Of a stretch of DNA of 64,000 nucleotides, positions 32,273-42,359 are shown one piece after another. The notes beneath the pieces are model-generated. The model was given only the letters and a program-made list of their open reading frames with translations. It made no database searches and was not told the DNA's origin. Positions within the stretch are counted from its first letter, which is position 1, and every line of letters starts with the position of its first letter. The DNA is taken from positions 768,001 through 832,000 of the forward strand of contig CAVVTZ010000007.1 in NCBI GenBank assembly GCA_963751275.1, written 5' to 3'. This DNA comes from an uncultured Gemmatimonadaceae bacterium (lineage in GTDB: Bacteria > Gemmatimonadota > Gemmatimonadetes > Gemmatimonadales > Gemmatimonadaceae). A program made the translations under genes and the position numbers.

Positions 32273-34357
32273 TTACGGAGTAGCCGACACCTGACCAGAG
32301 GGGGCCGACTCGCCGCTCGCGTTCACCGCCGTCACAATGTAGTAGTACGTCGTTCCGGTGGTCAGGCCAGTATGGACGTACGGGTTAGCCGCACCCGAAA
32401 TCTTGGTGCCCGTGGCGGTAGTCACACCCGTGGTCGTGGACCAGTAGATGTTGTACGACGCTGCGCCGGCTTCCGGCGTCCAGCCCACCGTCACCTTATT
32501 CGCTCCTGCCGTCGCCGTCACACCACTCGGCGACGTCAGCGGCGTAGCACTCACCTCCGCGGACGCCGGTGAAGAGACGCCCTGATTGCTCGTGGACGGC
32601 GACACGACGGTGTCGACGACAATGTAGTAGTACGTGGTGCCGTTGGTCCGACCCGTGTGCGAGTACGGGCTCACCGCGCCGTTGATCTTCGTGCCGGTGG
32701 CGACGGTCACACCCGGGCTCGTGGACCAGTAGATGTTGTACCCAGCCGCGCCGGTCACCGCCGGCCAGCTGATCGTGTTCTTCGTGTCGCCGAGCACTGC
32801 CGTAGCAACCGGAGCTGCTGCAGCGGCCGCCGGCGTGGCGGTCACCTGCCCCGAGGCCGGGCCTTCGCCCGCGCTATTCACTGCCGTCACGATGAAGTAG
32901 TACGGCACACCATTCGTGAGCGGGCCGAGCGCGTACGGCTTGGCGGCGCCGGCGATCTTCGTGCCGTTCGCCGTCGTCACGCCGGTCGTCGCCGACCAGT
33001 AAATGTTGTACGACGTCGCGTTCGCCACGGCGGTCCACGTGATCGTGTCAGAGACCACGGCGGGCTTGGCCGTCACGCCGGTCGGTGCGACCGGTACCGC
33101 GTTCGGGATCACGCTCACCGTGGACGAAGCCTTCGACTCAATGCCCTGTCCCGTGACCGCCGGGCTGAGGATCGTGTCGGTGACGATGAAGTAGTACGTG
33201 GTCCCGGTCGTCAAGCCGCTGATAGTCGCCGGACTGGCCGCAACCGCGACTTTGTTTACCGGGTTCGTGTCGTTCGCCACGGTCAAGCCCGGGTTCGTGC
33301 TCCAGTAAACATTGTACCCGGCAGCGCCGGTCACGGCCGTCCAGCTGATCGTCGCCGACGTGGGCGACGCGATCGCGCCGGCGACACCTGCCGGAGCGGC
33401 CAGCGGCGCCGCTGGCGTCGCGTTCACCTCAGGCGAGGCGGTCGCGGACTGCACGCCACCCTTCACCGCCGTGACAATGTAGTAGTACGTCTTCCCGTTG
33501 GTCGCGGTATCGACGTACGGCGTCTGCGCAGCGGCGTTCTTCGTGCCGGTAGTCGTCGTCACGCCAGTCGCCGTGCCCCGGTAGACGAAGTAGCTGCCAC
33601 CGTGGTTCGTGAAGGAGGTGTCCTTCGTCCACGTGACCGTATCCGAGGCATTCCCGGGCTTGGCCTTGACGTTCAAGGGCAAGGCAGGGCTCGCTCCCGG
33701 CGTCGCGCTCACTTCCGCCGACTGATCCGACTCGCCATTCGCGTTGACGGCGGTCACCACGTAGTAGTACGTCGTGCCGTTGGTCAGGAGCGCGTGGATG
33801 TAGGTCGGCGACGGATTGCTGATCTTGAACGCGTACGACGCAGCGCTGTCAATATTGATGCCGGCCGTGTTCGACCAGTACACGTTGTAACTGGTCGCGC
33901 CCGGAACGGCCGACCACTTGACGGTGTCCATCATCGGGCCAGGCGCAGCCTTCACGCCGAGCGGCGCCGCCGTCTTCAGCGTCGTTGCGGGCGTCGCGGA
34001 GACCTCCGTCGACGGACCCGACTCGCCGTTCACGTTCGTCGACGTCACCACGTAGTAGTACGTGGAGCCGTTGGCCAGCCCGGTCTGGATGAACGGATCC
34101 GACGCACCCGTGACCTTCGTGCCCGTCTGGGGCGTCACGCCCGCGGTCGTCGACCAATACACATTATTCGTCACGGCTCCGGCGTTCTCATCCCACGACA
34201 CGGTGACCTGGCCCCATAGCGCAGAGGCGCTGACGCCCAATGGGACCGGCGGCAGCGTCGTTGGCGCCGTCCCGACATCGTTCGTCGAGCAATTGATGAC
34301 GGTCAAGGCCGCCGCGGCGGCGACAAGACCCCTGCGTAGAACAAAACTGTTTCGCAT
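32273..34357 (-). CDS. Fibronectin type III repeat lipoprotein (seven repeats)
   Basis: Lipobox-like VINC; seven units resembling W..V.GA.SYN(I/V)YWST..GVT...GTK...GLTNGTTYY(Y/F)..TAVN..GES..S..VSATP; GAGGAG RBS. Confidence 0.88.
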   Translation of the reverse strand: MRNSFVLRRGLVAAAAALTVINCSTNDVGTAPTTLPPVPLGVSASALWGQVTVSWDENAGAVTNNVYWSTTAGVTPQTGTKVTGASDPFIQTGLANGSTYYYVVTSTNVNGESGPSTEVSATPATTLKTAAPLGVKAAPGPMMDTVKWSAVPGATSYNVYWSNTAGINIDSAASYAFKISNPSPTYIHALLTNGTTYYYVVTAVNANGESDQSAEVSATPGASPALPLNVKAKPGNASDTVTWTKDTSFTNHGGSYFVYRGTATGVTTTTGTKNAAAQTPYVDTATNGKTYYYIVTAVKGGVQSATASPEVNATPAAPLAAPAGVAGAIASPTSATISWTAVTGAAGYNVYWSTNPGLTVANDTNPVNKVAVAASPATISGLTTGTTYYFIVTDTILSPAVTGQGIESKASSTVSVIPNAVPVAPTGVTAKPAVVSDTITWTAVANATSYNIYWSATTGVTTANGTKIAGAAKPYALGPLTNGVPYYFIVTAVNSAGEGPASGQVTATPAAAAAAPVATAVLGDTKNTISWPAVTGAAGYNIYWSTSPGVTVATGTKINGAVSPYSHTGRTNGTTYYYIVVDTVVSPSTSNQGVSSPASAEVSATPLTSPSGVTATAGANKVTVGWTPEAGAASYNIYWSTTTGVTTATGTKISGAANPYVHTGLTTGTTYYYIVTAVNASGESAPSGQVSATP

Positions 34358-34800
34358 GTCAAGCTCCTCTTGGCGGTTGGGACTACCGTGCCCTGGCCCA
34401 CGTGGCCCTTTTGGCCGCAAACTGGTACGCCTACAATAACACTACGACACGCCCCCCGTTAGGGGCGATTGGCACCCTAGCGTAGGTTCCTCCCGCCCGG
34501 ATGTCAAGCCTCTCAGACATACCCGCTTAGCCGAGATATTAGTTTCGGTTAACGGGGGGTCTTCGGCTTATTCCCGACGCGTGGTAAGAGATCACGACCG
34601 AGCCAACTCGAGAGTACCACGAATGAGCGGTCGTGTCCAGTCGAGTCGCTCAGCGAGGCGAGAGTTTGCGCACGCGCCGCGTACTGCGCAAGTACCCGCT
34701 CCTGCTTCACGCTGGTCGCCGGGATCGCTATCTTGAAAGCGCGCGAGACGACGGTTCACGTGCCTGCGCGCAGGACGGTTCGCCTCGCTGATCCAAGTGC

Positions 34801-34873
<73 letters not shown>

Positions 34874-35104
34874 TCCTTCGCTCCACCCACGGAAATCTCT
34901 TCTCGCTGCCGGTGTGTGTTCGCAGCTCGAGTTGCGGGAGTCGAGCACGCACCCGCATCGATCGACCGTGCGCGGGGTGGTCCTCCGCCGCTTCGGCGCG
35001 ATCTCGTTCCGCTCGAAGCGGTGCCGCTCCCGGCTTGCCAGGCCGGATGGAACCTGCGTTCTTTCGAGGCATAGCGATACTGCGCCACGCGGAAGGTGCT
35101 CGTG

Positions 35105-36244
35105 ATGTACTCCACCTGTCTCTTTTGCCACACCGACCTCGGCGCGAACGATGACATCGCGCCGTGCCCCGTTGGCCGTCGCCTGGCGTTCGATCCGGAG
35201 AGGGGGCGCCTCTGGGTGGTGTGCACCTACTGCGGCCGGTGGAACCTCACGCCGCTCGAAGAGCGCTGGGAAGCGATCGAGCGGTGTGAACAGCTCTTCC
35301 GCGACACGTGGCAGCGCTATTCCGTCGAGAACATCGGACTCGCGAAGACGCGCTCGCGCCTCGAGCTGATCCGCATCGGCCCCGCGCTCTTCCCCGAGAT
35401 CGCGTCGTGGCGCTACGGCGCGCGGCTCCAGCGCCGCCTCAACGATCCGCACGGTCCGCGCGGCATGTGGCGCCGCGGCGCCCGCTACCTCGCGCGGCGC
35501 GCGGCCGCCGGCGTCGCGCGCGTTTCCTCGCTCGTGGGGCTCAGCGACGAGACGGTGCTCCACCTCAGCACGTTCCGCCGCGCCGGCTCCGTGCTCGCGC
35601 GCTCCGAAGATGAGAGCCACCGGCGCGTGACCATCCGCTACGCGCATCTCGCGCAGGCCGAGCTCATCCGCCCCGCGCGCGGAGAGCCGTGGCGCATCCG
35701 CGTCGCGCACGACGACGGCGTTTCCACGCTCGCCGAGCAGCCCGCGATCCTCGCCTCCGGCCGGCTGCTCGCGGTGCTGAATTTCGCTACGGCGAGCAAG
35801 CACGAGGTCCGCTGGGCCCTCGCCAAACTCGGCGACGCGGCCGATCCCACCGGTTTCTTCGGCCGCATCGGGAACCTCGCGATGCGCACGGAGTGGGGCC
35901 GGCATCCCGAGGCCGCGCCCGACGCGGCCGCCGCACCGGTCGCACACTCGGAAGCCGAGCGTCTCGCGCTCCCGCTCGCGACCCGTTCGTTCTGGGGGCA
36001 CGGTGGGATCGGGAGCGAGAGCCGTACGCCGCTCTATCGGCTGCCGCCGGAGGACCGCCTCGCCATGGAGATGGCGGCGAACGAGGACGTGGAGCGGCGC
36101 GCGCTCGCGGGCGAACTGGACGAGTTGCGCGAGGCGTGGAAGGAGGCCGAAGAGATCGCCGCGATCGCCGACGACCTCCTCGTCGGCGATGCGCTCGACG
36201 AATTCAAGCGGCAGTACTACTTGCGGCTCGAGGCGGGAATATAG
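35105..36244 (+). CDS. Hypothetical protein with N-terminal Zn ribbon
   Basis: CLFC...CTYC, GRWNLTP. Confidence 0.75.
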   Translation: MYSTCLFCHTDLGANDDIAPCPVGRRLAFDPERGRLWVVCTYCGRWNLTPLEERWEAIERCEQLFRDTWQRYSVENIGLAKTRSRLELIRIGPALFPEIASWRYGARLQRRLNDPHGPRGMWRRGARYLARRAAAGVARVSSLVGLSDETVLHLSTFRRAGSVLARSEDESHRRVTIRYAHLAQAELIRPARGEPWRIRVAHDDGVSTLAEQPAILASGRLLAVLNFATASKHEVRWALAKLGDAADPTGFFGRIGNLAMRTEWGRHPEAAPDAAAAPVAHSEAERLALPLATRSFWGHGGIGSESRTPLYRLPPEDRLAMEMAANEDVERRALAGELDELREAWKEAEEIAAIADDLLVGDALDEFKRQYYLRLEAGI

Positions 36245-36260
36245 GCGCGAGTTGCCGCGA

Positions 36261-36581
36261 TCACCCTGGCTGATTGTACCACATCGCCTGGATGCTCGGC
36301 TCGCAGCGCAACCCATTCAGCACAGACTGGGGCTGCGGCGCCGGGATGGTCGCGATGTGCTGCGCGGGGAGCTCGCTCACCGGGGTGAATCCGTAGCGGG
36401 CAGCGAGCGTATCCGTGGTCGCGGCGACGTCCACGTTCGTGTGGAAGAGCAGCACCAGCTGCGGGGTCTCGCCGTGGTAGACGCCCCCGATCGGCACGCA
36501 CTCCACGGGGTTCGACGCGCCGCAGGCCGCCAGCGCTGAGAGCAACGCGGCGGCGACGAGCACCGACAAGCGAGAGCGCAT
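36261..36581 (-). CDS. Small lipoprotein
   Basis: Lipobox LAAC, GGAGG RBS. Confidence 0.7.
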   Translation of the reverse strand: MRSRLSVLVAAALLSALAACGASNPVECVPIGGVYHGETPQLVLLFHTNVDVAATTDTLAARYGFTPVSELPAQHIATIPAPQPQSVLNGLRCEPSIQAMWYNQPG

Positions 36582-36748
36582 GCGTAGTTGCCTCCCTGAG
36601 GACTTCCGATGTGCGCTGTACCCCGGGCTCGAGTGCCCGTTCCTGCGAGATCCGCACTGAACCCGCTCGCGACTTCGATTATCTTTATGCCCGCGCGATC
36701 CCGTCCGCGCCGCGGACGGCCAACCACCTCTCCACCAATTCCAATCCG

Positions 36749-37858
36749 ATGCGTTCCTCGCTTGCTGTGCTCCTCGCTCTCGCCGCGTCGCCGCTCGCCG
36801 CGCAATCCGCGCCGGGCGCGCCCACCACGGTCAAGATCACCGTGGATTCCGTGCACAAGAAGGTCGTGATCGTCGCCGGCCCCTTCGATCTCGTCGGCCA
36901 CGGCAACATGCCCGGCATGGGCGCCGGCGTGATGCACCATACGTCCGAAAGCAAGATGATGCGCTTCGACTGGCCGGTGGACGGCGCGCTCAATGGCGTG
37001 AACGTCACGCTCACGGATCCGCACGGCGCGCCGGTGCCCGGCAACGTGATCCACCATCTCGTGATGTACAATTTCGACCGGCGCCAGTTGATCTTCGAAT
37101 CGGTGGAGCGCTTGTTCGCCTGGGGCCAGGACACGCAGGAGGTCACGCTGCCGGCCGGCGTCGGCGTCCCGCTCCCGCTCGGCGACCACCTCGGCTTCCT
37201 CATCGCGTGGCATAACGACAGTGGCCATGACATCAAGGGCGCGGTCGTGACGATCACCATGCCCTACGAGCTGCCCAAGGACATGAAGGTCGCCGTGTAC
37301 CCGTGGTACCTCGACGTGAGCAACGTGAATGGCGGCGACAACTCGTACGATCTGCCGGTCGGCAAGTCGACCAAGACGTTCGATTTCACCATCCCGGTGA
37401 GCGGTCGCATGATCGCCGTCGGCGGGCACATGCATCCGTACGGCAAGAATGTGCAGCTCGTGGACGTGGCGAGCGGCAAAGTCTTGATCAAGCTCAACGC
37501 CACGAAGAGCAAGGATGGCCTGGTGCGCGGCGTCGAGCGGTTCGTCTATGGCTTCCACGAGGATGCGCTTCCCCTCGAGGCGAACCATCCGTACCGCCTC
37601 GTGGCTCTCTATGACAACACGTCCGGCAAGCCGATCGTGAAGGGCGGGATGGCGCAGCTCAACGGCATCTTCGAGCCATCCGATTTCGCGCTTTGGCCCA
37701 AGCTCGACCTGACCGATCCCGAGACGAAGAAGGACATCGCCTCGATGCCGCCGGATCTGGGCGATGAGCACGCCGGCATGGAGATGGACCCGAGCATGAA
37801 GATGGACATGCCCATGCCGCCCAAGCCCGACACCGCGAAGAAGCCGCCGCGGCAGTAG
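36749..37858 (+). CDS. Secreted PHM/DbM-like copper type II monooxygenase-fold protein
   Basis: IHHLV, LFAWG...LPAGVG, GGHMHPYG, YDNT...GGM; Met/His-rich termini. Confidence 0.7.
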   Translation: MRSSLAVLLALAASPLAAQSAPGAPTTVKITVDSVHKKVVIVAGPFDLVGHGNMPGMGAGVMHHTSESKMMRFDWPVDGALNGVNVTLTDPHGAPVPGNVIHHLVMYNFDRRQLIFESVERLFAWGQDTQEVTLPAGVGVPLPLGDHLGFLIAWHNDSGHDIKGAVVTITMPYELPKDMKVAVYPWYLDVSNVNGGDNSYDLPVGKSTKTFDFTIPVSGRMIAVGGHMHPYGKNVQLVDVASGKVLIKLNATKSKDGLVRGVERFVYGFHEDALPLEANHPYRLVALYDNTSGKPIVKGGMAQLNGIFEPSDFALWPKLDLTDPETKKDIASMPPDLGDEHAGMEMDPSMKMDMPMPPKPDTAKKPPRQ

Positions 37859-37865
37859 AGCACAG

Positions 37866-37894
37866 CGGGCGCCGCCGTTCCGGCGGCGCCCGCG
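37866..37894 (+). terminator. GC hairpin
   Basis: gcgggcgccgccg-ttc-cggcggcgcccgc just after the stop. Confidence 0.55.
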
Positions 37895-37934
37895 CGCTCG
37901 CGCGGCCCTTCTCCGCGCGATAGATTCACGGTCG

Positions 37935-40900
37935 ATGTCCGACCTCCAAACTCGACTTCAGACCGCGCTCGGCGACGCCTATCGCATCGAGCGCGAGCTT
38001 GGTGGCGGCGGCATGTCGCACGTGTACCTCGCGCAGGAGACGGCGCTGGGCCGCCGCGTCGTGATCAAGGTGCTGCCCCCGGAGATGGCGGCGGGCGTGA
38101 ACATCGAGCGCTTCCGCCGCGAGATCCAACTTGCCGCCTCGCTCCAGCATCCGCACATCGTGCCGCTGCACGCCGCGGCGCAGGTCGGCGACCTCTTCTA
38201 CTACACGATGCCGCTCGTGGACGGGGAATCGCTGCGCGCGAAGCTCGCGCGCGAGGGCGAACTCCCGGTGGGCGACACGATCCGCATCATCCGCAATGTG
38301 GTCGATGCCCTCGCCTACGCCCACGCGCACGGTGTGGTGCACCGCGACATCAAACCCGACAACATCCTGATCTCGGGCAATCACGCCGTCGTGACCGACT
38401 TCGGCGTCGCCAAGGCCGTGAGCGCGTCCACCGGCGGCACGTCGCTGACGTCGATGGGCTTGGCGCTGGGCACGCCGGCGTACATGGCGCCGGAGCAGGC
38501 GGCGGCCGATCCGCACGTGGACCATCGCGCCGATCTCTACGCCGTGGGCGCCACCGCGTACGAGATGCTCTGCGGGCACCCGCCGTTCAGCGGCATGTCG
38601 CCGCAGCAAGTGCTCGCGGCGCACGTGACGCTCGCGCCGGCGCCGCTCAGTTCGCAGCGCGCATCAGTGCCGCCGGCGCTCAACGAATTGATCATGCGCT
38701 GCCTCGAGAAGAAGCCCGCCGACCGCGTGCAGCGCGCCGAGGATCTGCTCACCCAGCTCCAGGCGATGGCGACACCCAGCGGCGGCATGGCGCCCACTGG
38801 CGCGACGCCCGCCCTCACGAGCGGAGCGAAGGCCGCGATCCGGCGCACGAACCCGATGCGCGTCACGATGATGTTCGCGGCCGCTTCGGTGGCGGTGCTC
38901 GGGATCGTCTTCCTGCTGCGCAACGTGCTCGGCCTGCCCAACTGGGTGCTCGGCGCCGCCGGCGTGCTGCTCCTCGCCGGACTTCCGATCATGATCATGA
39001 CCGGCCGCCGCGAGCGCGCGCGGCTCGAGGCGGCGCACACCGGCACATTCATGGTGCCGCCCGTGGGCGTCGAGAAGCTGTTCACCTGGCGGCGTGCCAT
39101 CCTCGGCGGCGTCGCGGCGTTCGCGCTGCTCGCGGTGATCGTGATCGGCTACACCGTGATGCGCGTCATGGGCATCGGTTCCGTCGGCACGCTGCAGGCG
39201 AAGGGCCTGCTCAAGGCACGTCAGCCGATCCTGCTGGCGGAATTCGAGAATCGCTCCACCGATTCCACACTGGGCCCCACGCTCACCGAGGCGTTCCGCG
39301 TCGACCTCTCGCAGTCGCAAACGGTGAAGCTGCTCGACGCGCAGGCGGTCAGCGACGCGCTCAATCGCATGCAAAAGCCACCGGGCTCGGTGCTGATCCC
39401 GGCGCTCGCGCGCGAGGTCGCCGAGCGCGAGGGCGTGCCGGCGATCGTCGAGGGGCAGATCGATCCGGTGGGCAAGAGTTTCGTCGTCTCGGCGAAGATC
39501 GTTTCCGCGAAGGATGGCGCGGTGCTCACCGCCGTGCGCGAGACCGCCGCCGCCGACGCCGACTTGATCCCCGCGCTCGACAAGCTGTCGCGCGCACTGC
39601 GCGAGCGCATCGGCGAATCGCTCGTGAGCATTCGCGCCGACGAGCCGCTCGCGCACGTCACCACCGGTTCGCTCGATGCGCTGAAGAAATACACGCAGGC
39701 GCTGCGGCTCTCGGACGTGGGGCAGGAAGAGCAGTCGGTCCCGCTCTACGAGGAAGCCGTCGCGATGGACAGCGGCTTCGCGATGGCCTGGCGCAAGCTC
39801 GGCGCGATCTACCAGAACATGGGCGCGTCCAACGTGAAGGTGATCAACGCGATCAAGAATGCGTACAAGTACCGTGACCGGCTCCCTGAACTCGAGCGGC
39901 AGGCGACGATCGCGTACTACTACAACGCGGTGGACAACGAGCCGACGAAGGTGGAGGCGGCGTATCGCGCGATGCTCGCGATCGACCCGGACAATACGAT
40001 CCCGCTCAATAATCTCTCGATCGTACTCTTTGACATGCGGCGGTACGCCGAAGCCGAGAGCCTGGCCGTGCGCTGCATGGACAACGGCGTCTTCTCCAAT
40101 TGCCCGTTCCACGCGATCCGCGCGCAGATGGCGCAAGGGAAGATGGCCGCCGCCGACACGTCGCTCGCGCGCTGGCAGCGGGCACTGCCGACCGATCCCA
40201 ACCTGGGCTTCAGCCGCTCCGGCATGGCGGCGGTCCGCGGCGACTATGCTGCGGCGGAACGGATCTCCCGCGAGAACAAGGCGGCGCATCCCGCCTCGCT
40301 CTACGTGCAGGAGATCTCCGACCAGTCGCTCGCCGCGTTCGCCGCGGATCAGGGCCAGCTGAACCGGGCGTTGCAATCGCTGCGCGCCGCGCAGGCGTCG
40401 GCGGAGGCGCGGGCGCTGCCGGGCGACTACCTGAGCCTCGCCGCGAACTACGCCCTGGTCGAGATCCGTGACCTCAATCGCTCCGCCGAAGCGATCGCCA
40501 GGGTGAACGCCGCGATGGCGAAACACCCGCTCTCGACCATGGATGCCGTCGATCGACCATATACCATCCTCGCCAGCGCGTACGCGGCGGGCGGCCGCAT
40601 CGAGGACGCCCAGCGCCTGATGGCCGAGTACGCGAACGAAGTGCCCAAGGATCTGCAGAAAGGCGATTTCAACGCGTCGGCCGCCGCCGGCGACATCGCC
40701 GCCGCGCAGGGCCGTCCGGCCGATGCGATCGCGGCGTACCGCCGCATGCGCACACAGTTCGGCTGTCCCCAGTGCGGACTGTTCGAGATCGCCACCCAGT
40801 TCCAGAAGCTCGGCGAACCCGACTCGGCGCTCGTGTACTATGAGGCCGGGCTCGCGAACTCCGGACCGCAGCGGGCGATCTTCACGGACCCCGTCACGCT

Positions 40901-41072
40901 CGCGGCCACCTATCAGCGCCTGGGCGAACTGTACGAGGCCAAGGGCGACCGGAAGAAGGCGATGGAGTATTATCTCAAGCTCGCCGACCTGTGGAAGAAC
41001 GCCGATCCCGAGCTCCAGCCGATCGTGAAGGACGCCCACGCGCGCGTCGCGCGCCTCTCGGCCGAACACTAG
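37935..41072 (+). CDS. Hanks-type Ser/Thr kinase with TM segments and TPR C-terminus
   Basis: LGGGGMS, VIK, HRDIKPDN, DFG, GTPAYMAPE; three hydrophobic stretches; helical repeats. Confidence 0.93.
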   Translation: MSDLQTRLQTALGDAYRIERELGGGGMSHVYLAQETALGRRVVIKVLPPEMAAGVNIERFRREIQLAASLQHPHIVPLHAAAQVGDLFYYTMPLVDGESLRAKLAREGELPVGDTIRIIRNVVDALAYAHAHGVVHRDIKPDNILISGNHAVVTDFGVAKAVSASTGGTSLTSMGLALGTPAYMAPEQAAADPHVDHRADLYAVGATAYEMLCGHPPFSGMSPQQVLAAHVTLAPAPLSSQRASVPPALNELIMRCLEKKPADRVQRAEDLLTQLQAMATPSGGMAPTGATPALTSGAKAAIRRTNPMRVTMMFAAASVAVLGIVFLLRNVLGLPNWVLGAAGVLLLAGLPIMIMTGRRERARLEAAHTGTFMVPPVGVEKLFTWRRAILGGVAAFALLAVIVIGYTVMRVMGIGSVGTLQAKGLLKARQPILLAEFENRSTDSTLGPTLTEAFRVDLSQSQTVKLLDAQAVSDALNRMQKPPGSVLIPALAREVAEREGVPAIVEGQIDPVGKSFVVSAKIVSAKDGAVLTAVRETAAADADLIPALDKLSRALRERIGESLVSIRADEPLAHVTTGSLDALKKYTQALRLSDVGQEEQSVPLYEEAVAMDSGFAMAWRKLGAIYQNMGASNVKVINAIKNAYKYRDRLPELERQATIAYYYNAVDNEPTKVEAAYRAMLAIDPDNTIPLNNLSIVLFDMRRYAEAESLAVRCMDNGVFSNCPFHAIRAQMAQGKMAAADTSLARWQRALPTDPNLGFSRSGMAAVRGDYAAAERISRENKAAHPASLYVQEISDQSLAAFAADQGQLNRALQSLRAAQASAEARALPGDYLSLAANYALVEIRDLNRSAEAIARVNAAMAKHPLSTMDAVDRPYTILASAYAAGGRIEDAQRLMAEYANEVPKDLQKGDFNASAAAGDIAAAQGRPADAIAAYRRMRTQFGCPQCGLFEIATQFQKLGEPDSALVYYEAGLANSGPQRAIFTDPVTLAATYQRLGELYEAKGDRKKAMEYYLKLADLWKNADPELQPIVKDAHARVARLSAEH

Positions 41073-41187
41073 CCGAACTCCCGGCACCTTCGTCGGGGAA
41101 AAGGGTTATATTGTAGGCTGTCCGCCGCGGTTTGTTATCTGTTCGGCCGGCGGCTCAGCACCCGAGAACCCGAAGCCAGGAGACACC

Positions 41188-42090
41188 ATGCGACGCATAT
41201 CCGCCATTCTGTTGGTCGTGGGCCTCATGGCCTGCGAGAAGATCGGCTCCGGCGGCGGCACCAGCGCCTCGAAGCCCGATTCGATCACCGTACTGAACAC
41301 CCAGCTCGCGCAGGCGAAGGCCGTGGCCGCGCAGCAGGATTCGCTCCTGCAGGGCTTCCAGCAGACCACGCAGCTCTTGGCCGACATCGACAAGGATCTG
41401 TCGAGCGTGAAGGGCCTCAAGAGCCACGTGGCGGTCGACACCAAGGGTGAGAACCCGAACGACCCGCAGGCCGCGTACCGCGCGAGCCTCCAGGGCAAGG
41501 TGGCCGAAGTGACCTCGCTGCTGAAGCAGAGCCGCGCCCGCGTCGCCGCGCTGAACGAGAAGAACGAGGCGCTCGGCGGCAAGGTGGCGACCTATGAGGC
41601 GAGCATCGCGAGCCTCCAGCAGATCGTGGAGCAGGACAAGGAACAGATGGCCGCGCTGCACATCCAGGTCGACAGCCTCACGCTGGCGAACGCGACCGTG
41701 ACCACCGAGAAGGTGGCCGTGACGGACACGATGCTCACCCTGCGCAAGCAGGAGAACACGGTGTTCGTGGTGGTCGGCACGAAGGATGAGCTGATGAAGA
41801 AGGGGATCATCACGGAAGAGGGCTCCAAGTTCCTCTTCTTCGGCAGCAAGGCGATGGTGCCCGCGCGCAAGCTGGACAAGACGCAGTTCACCGCCATCAA
41901 TAAGTGGGACGATGTGCCGGTGGTGCTGCACATCACGGACAAGCCGTACAAGGTCGTGTCGCGCCAGGATCCCTCGCTGATCGAAGCGGGCAAGGATTCG
42001 GCGGGCAAGTTCAACGGCGAACTCCACATCACGCAGCCGGCCGAGTTCTGGTCGACGAGCAAGTACCTCATCATCGTAGAAGGCGCCTAA
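41188..42090 (+). CDS. Coiled-coil lipoprotein
   Basis: Lipobox LMAC, long coiled coil, GTKDEL..KGI, FWSTSKYLII. Confidence 0.75.
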   Translation: MRRISAILLVVGLMACEKIGSGGGTSASKPDSITVLNTQLAQAKAVAAQQDSLLQGFQQTTQLLADIDKDLSSVKGLKSHVAVDTKGENPNDPQAAYRASLQGKVAEVTSLLKQSRARVAALNEKNEALGGKVATYEASIASLQQIVEQDKEQMAALHIQVDSLTLANATVTTEKVAVTDTMLTLRKQENTVFVVVGTKDELMKKGIITEEGSKFLFFGSKAMVPARKLDKTQFTAINKWDDVPVVLHITDKPYKVVSRQDPSLIEAGKDSAGKFNGELHITQPAEFWSTSKYLIIVEGA

Positions 42091-42107
42091 ACTTCCTCGT
42101 GAAGGCC

Positions 42108-42144
42108 GAACGGCCGGCTGATCCTTCGGGATCAGCCGGCCGTT
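42108..42144 (+). terminator. Intrinsic terminator hairpin
   Basis: aacggccggctgatcc-TTCG-ggatcagccggccgtt. Confidence 0.8.
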
Positions 42145-42154
42145 TCCACATCCT

Positions 42155-42352
42155 ACAGGCGCGTGTAGGCACTAGTACCGCTTGAGACGCGCGTCTGGGA
42201 GGCAGCGTGTGGTACGAGCAGGGCGGGAGTTGTACTGCGGCTGCGCTTGTGGGGCGTGGGCGGATTGGGTCGTGCGACTCCCGCCGAGCCGTACCACACG
42301 CCGCCTCCTAGACGCGCATCCTCAAGCGGTACTAGTCCCCACACGCGCCTGT
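42155..42352. repeat. Long palindromic element, family A
   Basis: acaggcgcgtgt..actagtaccgcttgag ... ctcaagcggtactagt..acacgcgcctgt; homologous to 55152 and 58165. Confidence 0.85.
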
Positions 42353-42359
42353 GCGCCGG

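Noticed and set aside
34358..34560. c-di-GMP riboswitch upstream of the FN3 gene
   Set aside because: Only a vague partial resemblance; the GEMM core motifs could not be identified. Needs an Infernal scan.
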